DNA of 64,000 nt from Epiperipatus broadwayi (Eukaryota; Animalia; Onychophora), in the NCBI GenBank assembly GCA_028023455.1, contig JAQFVV010000001.1, positions 20,026,001-20,090,000 on the forward strand, given 5' to 3'. Shown here in pieces: positions 27,088-40,678 of this stretch. The position numbers and the translations under genes were made by a program. Under the pieces are notes generated by a model, which saw nothing but the letters and a program-made list of their open reading frames with translations, was not told the DNA's origin and made no database searches. Position 1 is the stretch's first letter, and each line of letters starts with the position of its first letter.

Positions 27088-29772
27088 TATATTAATTCCA
27101 GTATATTATTATAGCTTCACATTCAAGCGTGACATACGCTTAATTGGTTTATAAATATGACTTTAATAAATTTTTAAAATATTTCATTATACACTTTTAA
27201 TATGTTAATATTATTTTGTTTTGTTTTGTTTGTTTGTTTGTTTTGGAAGGGGGGAACTGAAAAAATCATATGAAGTATTAATTAGGCCATACTATTCTTA
27301 AGATATGTAACATTTATGTAATTAAACTTTATCCTTCTAAAATTAATTTCATTTCTTGAAACTATGTGCTTTTAAAGAAAATAAATAATTATAAAACTTG
27401 AGTCAGTAAAGAGTTAAAAGACCATGATGCATTGTAATCAATTTGATAGTTTAAAGAATTGTCATTAGTAAGCAGTGCTAATACTTAAAATTGAAAGAAA
27501 GCATATTTTTAACAACTATTGTTTAAAAATAAACTGTTTCACTAATATAATTTATAATTATTTAATACTTATTATTTCCTTTAATTAATAAAAAGTATAC
27601 ATTTTATTTTAATAATGAATATTGATTTAATTTATGTTTATTAATTTGCAATTATGTTTTTGTGGAGAATAAAAATGGATATTATATAGATATTTTTCCC
27701 AATACTAAATAAACTGTACTTCTATATATCATTAATAGTCATTTCTCACCAAGACAAAAACGTCATATGGGTAAAGGAGAGGGGAGGGTTATATTGAAGT
27801 TATAATTGATGTGGAGTAAATAAAAGATGAAAATGTGGTTAAGCAAACACACAATTCCACTATCACAATTAGAGCAAAAAGATAATTATACTTTGACAGT
27901 TTCATGATAACTCAGTCCTATACTAACCCAAGTGATTGAAGACAGTATGATAAAAAAAATGGAGACAATGAGAGAAAAGCATATCTTTAAAATACATAAA
28001 TTAAAAAGTGCAAATAATATTATACCATAAGTATTAAATATGCTTATCCATCTTAATTCGTCAACACAAAATGCCTCTTCAAAAGAAAATATATTATTGA
28101 GTTGTGGGAAAAGTTAAAATAAGTCATCGTCCAGAAACTTATGATATTTCACGAATTAAATATAAAGACTACAGCAATATGTTATAATTCTGTATAAATG
28201 TTTATAGTCAATGATATAAAATTCATATGACAAATTTTATTCTCAAAATATAGACGATTAAACATGTATAAACTAATAAATATAGGATTGTTAAAGGATA
28301 GTTCTTTAAAAAAAAAAAATCTAAATTTACTTGAAAAATCCTCTGCACCTTAAGACAGATTCAATAAATAATTTTTGTTAATCAAAATCAATTTTGCAAT
28401 ACTTTAATTTAGACACTTCCAGTATATATTTCTTCTTTAAATTTTACCAAATTAATAATTTTTTTCTTTTTCAATTCTACAACTAATTGATCTTTATCAT
28501 CTCTGTCTCTATACTGTCTATAGTACATTTATATTTAAATGTTTTCCCAAAATAGCATGAAATTCTCTCATGAAAATTTTAAGATAATATATATAAGAAT
28601 ACTAAACAACTATTGCATACATACTTTTTTTTGTCTAACTATTTATTATAAATATAATAATAAAATGTATAGCTGTTTGTTTGAGTCATGCAACATTCAA
28701 ATATCAAAGTTACAGAATGAACATAATATTCAATTAAGGATATTAATATTTTATTTTTTAATTGTAGTTGAAAATCGATCGAGGACCTTTTTAAGTAAAT
28801 GAGATTTTTCTTTTAAAAAAAAAGTGATGCAAGTAACTTCAAAAACTAATATTAGGCACACAGATTCATAATATAAATAATAAAATTGTATTATTCTATA
28901 CTATTTTTAAAGTTACATTAATATATATATTAAAACATAAACTAGATATACAATACACATGAAATGTGAAAACCTTAAAGAATAGATTTTAAGGAATTAT
29001 AAATTCATGCCTACTGAAACTATAACAATATTGAGCTTCAATTACAAGAGATTATAAATGATTTTTGTAACATGTTAAACATTACAGATAATCCCTGTGG
29101 CATATAATCTGAATATTGAATTTAAATTATAAAGGATTTCTGACCTTGAGATACTAATGATGGCATTTCTAAATAATTTAAATGCTATTAAAACATATAA
29201 AACTGTCTAAAAACTAATAATTGGTTTGAAAGACTTCTAAACTTTTTATTGCTTTCATATAATAATCTCATCTTCCATTCAAAGCAAAAGCATTGGCTAG
29301 AAAATCAATGCTAGGTCTAAAATATAACATTCTATCAAACAAATATAATATGAGTAGTTTTTTTTTTGTTATAAAAATGATAATTATTATTTATATCAAA
29401 CAACATAATAAAAATATATAATTAAAAACAAACACACAATTTTTAAATAGTTGTTGGATTATATTTCATAAAAATAAATGAACTCTGATCTGTTTCTAAT
29501 AAAGATACACTAAAAAAAATTTCAATCATTCTTTTATCTGACCTTTAGAATTGGTTCCACAGTTGTTTCAAACATTATATCTAATGATCACAAAGAAATA
29601 ATCTTTCGATTATTTTAATATAGCAGCTTTTTCATGATTTTTAAAAAATTACAATGTTAGGAATAATTATTAGACTTCTTTTTTATTATATTGTATGTAT
29701 TTTATCAAGATTACTCCATTATTTTATTATTACAACATGTTTAAGTGATTTTCTTTCACATGTTCCAACAAC

Positions 29773-29972
<200 letters not shown>

Positions 29973-30648
29973 TAAATTTTCTTCCAGAAGATAGGATGAA
30001 GTATCTAAGACAGTAGTGTAGTGTAATGAAATGATAACACTTGATTATCACTGCTCATAGTTTATCAGACCTTTAACAAAGTTATTTAATGTGTTAAATA
30101 AAGACTTGCAACACAAAATTATGAAAATCCTTAAATTAATATATATATATATGTTATACTCTGCCATTATTAATAATAATATAAAATACCAAAACAGAGT
30201 TTTAAATATATTGAATAAAATTAATTAAACCAAGTATACTTTTGACATAAGCACAATATAATCACCATGATTATAATGCACACATGTCCAAAGTATATTT
30301 TGTTTAATTAATTTCATTCAATATATTTAAAATTCTCCTTTGGTATTTTATATTAATATAAATTGTAACAATAAATGTTGGTGAAGATTCCTCTTATTTA
30401 AGAACCCTATGAATTCAAGTGACAAATTATGTAACAGTATATGCGTGAAAAGCTCACTATAATCTGTAATAGTAAATATAGAGGAAGAAAAGCTTTGCGA
30501 ATTTCTATAAAGGTAAGTATGGGGAATAGTAAAATAATGAGACTATTTATATCCCTAAAGTTGTTTACACATTTACATGTGTTTATAAATATAAAAGCAT
30601 TAAAATTATATATTATGGAACTAAAGGGACATAAAACTTATAATGCAC

Positions 30649-31057
30649 TTAAGCATGATTGCCTCTGATGCAGCAGGCTACCTGGATGTCTTTGGGATTA
30701 TGGTGACATGCTTAGCATGGATGGTGCACAAGTTGGTGTCTTCAAACAATCCAACCAAATAAGCATCACTAGCTTCTTGCAAGCCCATAACTGCAGCGTT
30801 TTGCAAATGGAGATAGATATTAAAATCTTGAGCAATTTCATGAACCAGATGTTGGAAGAGCAATTTACTGATCAGAAGCTCTGTAGTCTTCTGGTAACAA
30901 TGGATTTCTCTAAGAGCTACAGTTCTAGGCCTGTAGCGATGGGATTTCTTTACAACTCCAATAGCTGGAGCACACATACGAGCAGCCTTGGTAGCCAGTT
31001 GTTTATATGGGGCCTTTCCACAGTAGATTTATGAGCAGTTTGCTTTGTACAGGCCAT
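30649..31057 (-). pseudogene. H3: Histone H3 pseudogene (intronless, two 1-nt deletions, 409 nt)
   Basis: ATG at 31057, TAA at 30649-30651. It translates as [33 protein letters not shown]...[13 protein letters not shown]...[28 protein letters not shown], colinear with H3. Frameshifts fall at about codon 12 and about codon 123. No intact histone 3' stem-loop seen. Confidence 0.97.
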
Positions 31058-32289
31058 ATCAACAACATTGGAAAAATACTAAACTGAAATACAAGTACTA
31101 CACACAAAAAAGGCAATTTCCAAAATATATCTAAATGATCATATATTATTTAATCTCAAAGATAAATATAATATTGATTTTACAAGCCAGATATGTGTCT
31201 AAAATCTATTGTGAAAAATGAATAAAATAAGTAAAACCAAATATGAAATTAAATTTTTAAAAAATCATTTACATTTTTATTTACATTGAAATTAAAAAAA
31301 CAAATAAATAAAAAAATTATTTTATTAATTTCAACAATCCAATTGTTGTTTATAATTTGTTGTTATATTTACATAAAGAAAATATATAAATATCAAAATG
31401 AATCCTTTCAATAAATTACAGTCATATATCTGGAAGGATAAACCTAAACAAAAAGATACAAATTAGTCATTCATTAAATATAGTAAGCTTTACATCAAAT
31501 TTATCATAACATACTTGTTTCTTAGATATTTGATTAAACTCATATTTACATCAATAATATTTAGTTATTTGCATAGTAATATATTTGAAGTCCCAATCAA
31601 AGACAACCTAAACTAATTTCTGAGTTATTTTTTATCAACTGTAACTCAATGTAAATATCTTAAAACATATGTATTCCTTAAATGAAATAAAGATTTACAC
31701 ATCATCTATTTACTCTTAAACATAATCATATATGGTTCAACATTTATCAAACAAAAGGTGAATCTATTCTCACATAAATATATGCCAACAAGACATAAAT
31801 ATAATACTGCCTCTAAATATGATATAAACACAAACTTTAATGATGTAATAATATCAAACTCAAAACCAAGTTATCCCAAAAACACAATTTTAAATATTTA
31901 AAATATTAAAATATTATTCTTCAACATTTTAATAGCTCTTTGGTTTAGCTTTGTTTTAAGATAGATGAATATAAAATATGCAAGTATCTATCTAACTCAT
32001 TCATCCACTCATACTACTTTGTGATGGATATATGTGCATATATAGATATTCAAATTCAAAAAACATTATGTTAGTTTATCAATAAAAAAGACAATCTGGT
32101 AATACCTTAAAAATATCTTATTTGATTTTTTTTATTAAAGAAATTCAAATAAAATTTCAGTACTTAATGCTTCTTTGTCATGATATTCTCAAGGTTAATA
32201 ACAAATTACAAAAATGTTTTAAATGCAATTAAAATTATTTTTTAACCTTACATAAAAAGTCTATTGATATTGTTCCTTAATTGTAATTG

Positions 32290-32520
32290 AACAGTTCTTG
32301 GAATGTCACACTTGCTAAATCTGCATAAGTGTAAACAACTGCTCCTTGAGGGGTTCCTTTAATAGTGGAAAGTTTTATTATTTTTATAGTGAGAATGGTT
32401 GTTATTTTCTTAGAGATTTTTGTATGGAATCATTGTTGATATGACTATTATTCCATCTGAATATGAGTAGAATCTGGCAATCACATTGACAGTATTTTGG
32501 AAAGAATCAAGCAATAGCCC
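32290..32520 (-). mobile_element. Degraded LINE RT fragment
   Basis: Minus strand reads KGTPQGAVV at about 32335-32362 (cf. GTPQGxVxSP), with a decayed LDxxKAFD-like segment upstream. Confidence 0.35.
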
Positions 32521-32549
32521 CCTTCCTACTCTATTGGCTTCTAGCCAGA

Positions 32550-33280
32550 CATCCTTTTAACCCTTTTTCTGCCTCTTACGAGGCTCCTTGTCGACATCTG
32601 ATGTCACTCTAACTCTGCCAGTTCTTATGCTAAAATATTCGTTTGACAGGTATTGAATAGGTTTTTAAAAGTTCTGTAAGATGGTGCCCTCTTCCGAATT
32701 ATTTTACAAGTAAAAAATAAAAAAAACGCATTTAAACCTAAACAAAGAAAGAACATTAGTTGTGATTGTTTGTTAGCATGCTCTCAGCCGAAAAAGACAT
32801 TCTGATTGGCTGGAAAGAACAAAGAAACCGCCTGATCAAAGAAAATAAAGAAAAACACTGAGATTTTCATTTCGAATATGATTTAAAGTATTATAAAAGA
32901 ATATTTTGAGAAATTACAAATTATTTTCAGAGAGAATACTAAAAAAACAAAATTATTTTCGAAAAATATTGAAGATTTTAGTAAAAATATTTAAGATTTA
33001 GTAAAAAGAAATATTTACTTTTCTATAACGTAAAAGTCGACCTTTTTGTTTATATTATAGCTTTTATGTTGCCGAAATTGAATATTTTAGAATAAATAAA
33101 TAGCAATTTATTTTTGAAAGAACTTTCGTTCTCTTCATAACCTGAAAAATTAGTAATATACTTTTTATAAACGTATCTGAGTTGAATTTAATATTATAGG
33201 CGAATATGTTTTAACAATAGGCTTTGTCTTCAGTTTGTGAGTTGGCCAATTAAAAGATTTGATTTTTACCTCATACAACC
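32550..33280. promoter_or_regulatory. CpG-retaining patch with CCAAT boxes (putative promoter)
   Basis: About 15 CpGs in about 700 bp, plus CTGATTGGCTG (about 32802-32812), GGCCAAT (about 33243) and AACCAAT (about 33277). Confidence 0.4.
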
Positions 33281-35639
33281 AATAATATAATTAGTGGTTT
33301 AAGGGTTAATTCAGCACTTGAACAAATTTTATTTTCCAAGCAAATAAAATGTCAAATCCTTACTGAAGATTGTTTTAGAAATAAAAGATAACTCTTTAAA
33401 AATGAAATCCTTTTATATTCTTCCTAATGTAAGCATTACTATGACATTTGGAATATTTCTGCATGCAATGTAATACTTGATTATCTTTATATATTTGTTG
33501 ATAGTTATAACACACATCCTTTGACAACTACTTAAATTTTTCAGAGATTAAATGAATATTTTTGACATATTTTTAAAACATTTTTAATAATTTTATACAA
33601 AATTTATTACAATAAAAGAAAACTCCCAATTTGCCAAAGAAATTATTTACTAATCTACACAAGATATATGCAAATAAATAATATAATTAAATTAATTTAT
33701 TGACATTTTATTCATGATGATGATTCTCTTGATATTTTTATATTCAATTTGATTAATTTATTTGTACTTAAATGTAAATAATTCAAGATTATTTTATTGT
33801 TTTTTTAAAGTAAGCTTTTGAAAAGAAATGAATTTGTGCAGGAATTAAAATAGATACAATGAAAACATTTTTATATAATGTAAAGTTTCATGTGAAGATT
33901 CTACCATTATATATATATATATAACATGAAGAAAACAAGATTCAAATGCTATTAATTAATGCCAAATAAAATATCAGAAAAGCTTAAAAAAATAAAAAAG
34001 ACAAATAGTGATAGAAATGCTTAAAAAGTAAAAAATTAACAATAAACAATGGTACAGGGATGCTGCCACTATTTGTGATAGCTCAATCACATAATAACCA
34101 TAGAGTTGTTTTTATAGTCAGTAAATACACTGAAGTGTTATCTGATCAAACTAAATATGTAAACTTATATATATAATAGTAATTAAAAATTCTGATTATG
34201 ACAAAAAGTTTCCAAGATTTTTTTTAATTTGAACTTGAACTCTGTGTCGTGGACATGGCAGATAATACATTATTCATTACAAAAACATTAATACTACTGC
34301 ACAAAAGAAGAAATGAAAAAAAAGTTGGGAATGATTTTAGACAAATAACTAGTAATAATAATGCCAATAGCAAATATTCATTTATGTTCATTAATTTGAA
34401 AACCATAATCAATTCATATGTGGCAGAAAAATGCATTAATAAAAGTAAATGGTCTTGTAAAATATATTTGTGCATAGCATTTCAACCAAAAATCAAAAAG
34501 TATAATTTTGAATTAAACATTATATTTCATCAAACACTAACATAAAATTTATGTATAAATCTAATATCCTTAAAAATAAATATATTTATAAGATGTTATT
34601 TATCTAATAAATTAATAAGAGACTGATTTTAAAATATGTAAACAAAACGATACTGAACAACAGAAAAAATATTGAAATATAGAAATTTAGTAATTGAATA
34701 ATAATTATATATTAAAACAAATGTAATCAATGTAGAAGTTATAAAGTCAATGATGCTTGCTTAAAACTTGTAATTTATCATGAGGTTAGTTATTGCAATA
34801 TTTTATATAATTCAATAATTATGACCACTATAATTATCTTTTTATAAAAATACCTATTTAATTTGTTCGAAAAACTTAAGAATTAAAAATTATACAAAAA
34901 AAAAAAATACCAGTTAAAACTAATACACATGTAAAAGGAATACCATTGTAAATGAACATCAAATCTTTGGGTACTGTTATTCTTTATAACTTGTGCAAAT
35001 TTTTCTACATTATTGTTCAACACAGAAGCATTAAAAAACATGACCCTAAAACAAATCCATCTCCATATTATGTAAATAAAAATGGCTTTCATTTCATGTA
35101 TCAAAAATCATAATTGTTTCTTTTTCTTTAATAATTATTTAGTAATATCAATTTTTTTTCTATTTTATAATGATTCTTCAAAAAATTCACAAAATATTTA
35201 TTCTAATCTTGGAGGTAAGTTTAAAATTCACAAAGTATCTACTTAAATTTAAGAAGCAAATGTATTGTAATAATTATTTTTAGAGAAAAAAACAAAGAAT
35301 TACAATGTAAACATTTTACAACAGGTGTAATTTAATTTCACAAGTGGCTGAGCTATTAATGAGAATATTGGTCTAGACATATTTATAGTATATTAGATAT
35401 GCTTATGATGGAAGAGTCATTTGGATTTTAGAAAAGGATAGAGGTATAAAACTTCCAAAAAAATAATTAGAAATATTATTGAATATATAGAAAGAGAAAA
35501 TAAAAGTTGATATTTTTTTTAATTGACATTGAAAAAATTTTATAAAGTAACAGTGTTTTTTTTTTTTTTTGTTTGCTGCATATTTTGTAAAAGAAGAAAA
35601 TTGGAACAAGTAATAAATACTATGACATATACAATGATT

Positions 35640-37900
35640 ATCATAAATATAGTATATTGGATGTTATTTTGCCCAATCTAATCAATGGGTTTCATATTTT
35701 TGAATGTGATACTAGTAAATCTATTATTGTAAAGATATTTTTTCATTGGACTGTGTTTGTAAAATAAGTATAAACTAATAGATTTCAAAAAAGTATTTGA
35801 CTTTAAAAAGAAATAATACTGAAATTTTTGTGAGGGTGTGTGAAGATTTAGCTGAACATACAATACAATGGAAAGTTACAATTAGGTAAAATGATAAAAT
35901 CTATTATAAAAAGAAATTAAAAGAAAGCATCATAAAATATTGAATAATAGACTAAAGAACTAGGGTGAAATATATATGGAGATATATTAATAACTTATTG
36001 GTTGGCTATATAGTTGTATCAAAATTCATTATTAACTTTTTTTCTTTGTCTTTTTTTTTTGTGAAGTTGAAACAGCCAAATTCATTTATTAACTTCTAAT
36101 GATATAGTAGTTTGCAGTAAAAACAGTAGCAATCTTGCATATACTTTGTGAGTTTGGGTTTTATGATAGCATTACAATCACTATATCTGCTCTATGTTGA
36201 TTTAAGCCTTTCTATAAGTTTAAATTATGAGTGCACAATTTTATTTTATGCATTTATGAATTTAAAATTATTAGTTGAAAAAAAATTGAAGAGGTCAGCA
36301 TTATATGGCCTTTTGGATAAGAATAACAGCCTAATTTGCATGACAATGAGGAAGGTAGCCTTACATATAAAAAAATAATAATTTTTGATTGACAGTGTTT
36401 TATCCCAAGGCCAAATAATGGATTACATTTCAAAATAAAAATTGTCATTTGATGTAATTTATTTCAAATTAAAGATTATTACACAATATTTTTGTAAAAG
36501 ATTTGTTTTAAACCAAAAACTTACATCACTGATGGGAAATTTTCTTTGGAAACTATTTATTTTTAAAAAAAAAAAAATTTTAAATGTTTGTTATGGCCTA
36601 ATAGAAGCAGTTTTTATTGGGTAAATTAAAATTGCCTTTGTCAAAATGGTAAAAAAAATATTTTTTAAAATTTTAATAACAATAAATAATATATTAATTT
36701 TAATTTTTTTTATAACTAACTCTAAATATATCCTTCTTTTAATAACATAAAATTAAAATATCTAATATTTCATTTTACTAACTTTTTTGAATAAATAAAT
36801 TATGTCCAATGATGTGAAGTATCATTATTACACATAAGAACTCTGTTTAAAAATTAAATTTCATATTTTGCAAATATAAAATATTAACTTTCTATTATTT
36901 GAATACTTACATTTGTAATAAATAATGTTAAATTTATCAATATACGATATAGAAAAATATTTAGTTGTAAAAATACAATGTTCAATATGGAGGAATAGTA
37001 ATGAAAAACTTATTTAGATCCCATTCAAAATAGAAAGATGGAGTTTGCTAATGAACTAGGGTAGAGATAACAGAAGTCAAGAGTATTGCATATTTCTATT
37101 TTATGTAATATTTTTAAAGCAAATTTTTTTGTGAATATGATTTCTTAAGGAGGAATTTAATACTGAGATAGGAAGATTCACATCATCAGTTTTGCAGATA
37201 TTGTAAATACAATGATCAGTTTGCAAATAAAAACAAAAGCCTAAAAATATTAATTAAAAAAATATTTGAAAATTTCACATGAAAATCAATACATCTAAAT
37301 TTAAAGCCATGATTGTATGAGACACTAAAAGATTGTGAATGTTAGAGAGAAAAGTTTGAAGCAGAATGATTTCCTTTAAAGTATTTGTGTAATTGTTTGT
37401 TTCAGATTGAAATAGTAATAAAGGTATTAGAAAGAACATTGTAATGGTAAAATAAGCATGTGTAAAAATAGATTTTATACAACATTAAAGTTGAAATTAA
37501 CAAAATGTATTGTTAAATATTTTATTTTTAAATATGTTGTTTTATTTGAAGCAGAGGTTTGGATGAGTAAAAATGATATCAAAATTTTTTAAGTTACAGA
37601 TTTGACAAATACAAAAAGTTTAAATGACAGTATTTGCAATGTAAAACTGTTAAGGACTATAAATAAAATGAGAAATTTATATTGAGGAGCTCATAAAACT
37701 GAAAAGAAACTGTTTTACGCATTTATCTTAACATAGAAAAGGAAAAAAGAAGTTGATTTGCAATCTAAAGAAATGATATAATTATAAATGTCTGAATATT
37801 AGAGAAATGAACAGAAAGATTTGGAGAAAGTTGAGGGGATTTCTTAACTAATGACAATTTTTATATCTGTATTAGTGAATTGACAACATTGATGGAATTA
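35640..37900 (+). mobile_element. Scattered relics of a LINE RT (RTE/L2-like)
   Basis: IDFKKVFD near 35780 (cf. IDFKKAFD), FADIV near 37195 (cf. FADD) and FKVFV near 37380 (cf. FKYLG), in the correct order but heavily decayed and interrupted. Confidence 0.3.
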
Positions 37901-38395
37901 ATTGCTTTTTTAAGAAAAATACATCAAAGATTACAAAATAAATCTATATCAAATTACTATCAGAAAAAAAAAATGTGTTCCTATGATTTTTATTAATAAC
38001 ACATAAATATTTTTATAACAACAATTGATTTATTGTAAATCAATTTACTTATTTTTTTTATATACAAGTATATGTACTAAGATTACAAATTTTAATAATT
38101 AACAATATTTTTATGATTTTATATATATATGAAAAAACAAATACAATTTCATCTCGCCTCCTCCTTCCTTTTTGATTTTTTGTCCAAAATATGTGTAACT
38201 CACCCCCAACATTTGATTAAATTTTAATTATTTTAAAAAAAAAGTCACAGATTTTCCACTTCTCTTTCTTTTGCAGGTCTTTTTTGGGATTTTCTGTCCT
38301 GAATATTTGTCTGCATCATTTCACAGATACTTTTGGTATCAATTCTTTAGAGTCAGTTTTTTTGGTGTTTTTTCTCTCCTCTCTCTCCCTCCTAG

Positions 38396-38433
38396 GGCAG
38401 CTCACCTGCTAGACGACATCGGATTGGGGAGAG
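38396..38433 (+). other. Candidate 38-nt exon, probably 5' UTR
   Basis: Strong polypyrimidine acceptor (TTTCTCTCCTCTCTCTCCCTCCTAG) and a GAG|GTGAGA donor. A second strong acceptor (TCTCTTTCTTTTGCAG) lies at about 38277. A T-rich plus strand follows. Confidence 0.35.
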
Positions 38434-40632
38434 GTGAGAGAGGGAGTGTGTTTCTTACTTGTTTTTTTCTTCTTAAATTTTACTTTTCATATTTTTGGTT
38501 TGGTGGTTTGGTATAGCTTTATTTTTTGGAGATAAATGTTGGAGGATAGTAGTGTGTTTTCATAAATTTGTTTTTTTATTTTTGTCTTTTTATTTTATAT
38601 TTTCTTTTCTATATTTTTTTTTTGAGTTGGTTATGTTGGATGGGTCATTTTTATATGGGGACATTCCCATATCATGATTTTCTTTTTTTTGCTGGGCTTG
38701 AAAAATTCTCGCTTGTTAACTTTTACTCCCTCTTTTTGACATTAGCGTAATATCTTTAGATTTTGTTTTTTATGTTTTATCTTTTTTCTTGATTCTTTCC
38801 CTCCTTCTAACTCTCGTGACTGTGGTGGAGATAAATTGGGGTGGGATTGAGAAGGAGAAAGTTTTAGTTTTTTTTAAATTGTTATTATTTTTGTTTTTTA
38901 TTTTTGTTTTTTTTTCAATGTTTTTTTTTTATAGATTATTTGTGAAGATAAGCGATGTGAGATATAAGTTTTTGTTTTTTAATTGATGTTATTTTATTTT
39001 TTTTTTTTTTTAATATTTTTCTTGGAGAGTTTGTTTTTAAGGGTTTTTTGGGGAGGGGATTTTTTTATAAAATAAGTACCCATTTTGGGCTTATTTGAAT
39101 AAGGTTTGTTTTAAGAATTTTTCTGTTTTTTGATTTAAATGATTTAAAAAAACAATTTGGAATTTGGTGTTTTTAGTTTGTGTTTTTTATTTTACTGTTT
39201 CTTTTTTTACTTTTTTCTTATATAAGATAACAGATGAGGGAGAAAAGGAAGGAGGGGGGAGGAGATTGGGATTTTTATATATATATATAAAGAAATAAAG
39301 ATAAAAAGATGGAGAGAAAGCAATTTTCTTTTCAAAATTTAAAATGATTTATTAACATGTATATTTAATTTTTCTGAACTGAATAAATACATATATATAT
39401 TTGTAACTTTATTAATTAAAATGTATGCATTAAGAAATCACATTATGCATTCAATTATTAATTTATTAATATATACATTCATAAAGAAAATTATACTTTG
39501 TTATGAATAAAAATAAATAATTAATCTTAATATTATGGACCTATAAATAAAAATCTGGACACTTGTTAACATTTCTCAAGCCTTGATTGAGAGTAATTAC
39601 AATATACTTCTAATATCTATAAAGTGTTTTGCTTTTAGAATTGTCCTTAACAATTCTTTAATACTAAAATAACAATTCAAATTTTATGTTGTTGTTTTTT
39701 TATTATTATCTGAGATTTTAAAAACCAAATCTGAAAGTATTGAAAAATAAATACTTCAAATACGCAAATATTCATAATTAGGGATGATATATAATTTCTT
39801 ATTTAAAATAGGATACTTTGAGAGAATTAGTCATTCAATTTTTGAAAATTAAATGAGGTGCTAAGTTACTGAACATTATCACTTTGATATTTATTCTCTT
39901 TTTGTTCTTTTTGTCTTTTGTGAAATTGAGATTTCAAAAATGAATAACATTAATCTTCTAGGTTCGTTTACTTATTTTGTATCAATATAAGTAATTTAAA
40001 GCATTTTATCTGAAGCATTGAAAGACCATTATATCTTAAATTATGTTTTAAAAACATTTTGTTTTATTTTTAAAGTCAAAGATATTTCAATTGTCTTTAT
40101 CGACCATTTAAGTTGAAGATTATGTGATCTCCAATATTTTATCTAAAATCTTAAACATAATAGATACGACAAAAGTTTGATTTTCATGATAGTATTGTCA
40201 CTGGTTCAGAAGCATCTGAAGAAGAGAGGAAAATAATATCACTTGAATACATTATTTATTAACCTGAAACTATTACTAATAATTGAATGTATCCATAAAG
40301 TTTAAACAAAATTTGAATTTTTATGAAGACATTTAAAATGATAAAAATAGTCCAACATATAATTATAATTTTGAAACATTAATTTGAAAAACATAAAATG
40401 AATAAAGAGGCCATTGAATGATTGCAATGTAACAGATAACTTTCACTGGGTAAAGACTAATTAATCAAAATCTTTTCATAGAAGAACATTGCCAATGTTC
40501 TCTAGTATTTTATATATTGAGTTAATTTAAACACAATTGGAAAGCAAATATTGTCACTGTCTAATGAAAGTCAAATTTCACACAAAAAAAAGATAAAAAC
40601 AAATTAATATTTACATTTTTTTTATATATATA

Positions 40633-40678
40633 TCTGCAGCCCACATATATATATATATATATATATGTGGGCTGCAGA
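40633..40678. repeat. Perfect 46-bp palindrome centred on (AT)11
   Basis: T-CTGCAGCCCAC-(AT)11-GTGGGCTGCAG-A. Confidence 0.95.

Larger units (their letters stand above)
25329..27150 (+). mobile_element. Penelope-like retroelement (PLE), 5'-truncated, with 3' pseudo-LTR
   Basis: PLE-type RT followed by a GIY-YIG endonuclease and a hammerhead-containing 3' region. It is C-rich on the plus strand and retains CpGs, unlike its flanks. Confidence 0.95.

Noticed and set aside
28501-28520. CTGTCTCTATAC resembling the Nextera mosaic end
   Set aside because: Only a partial, gapped match; compatible with chance.
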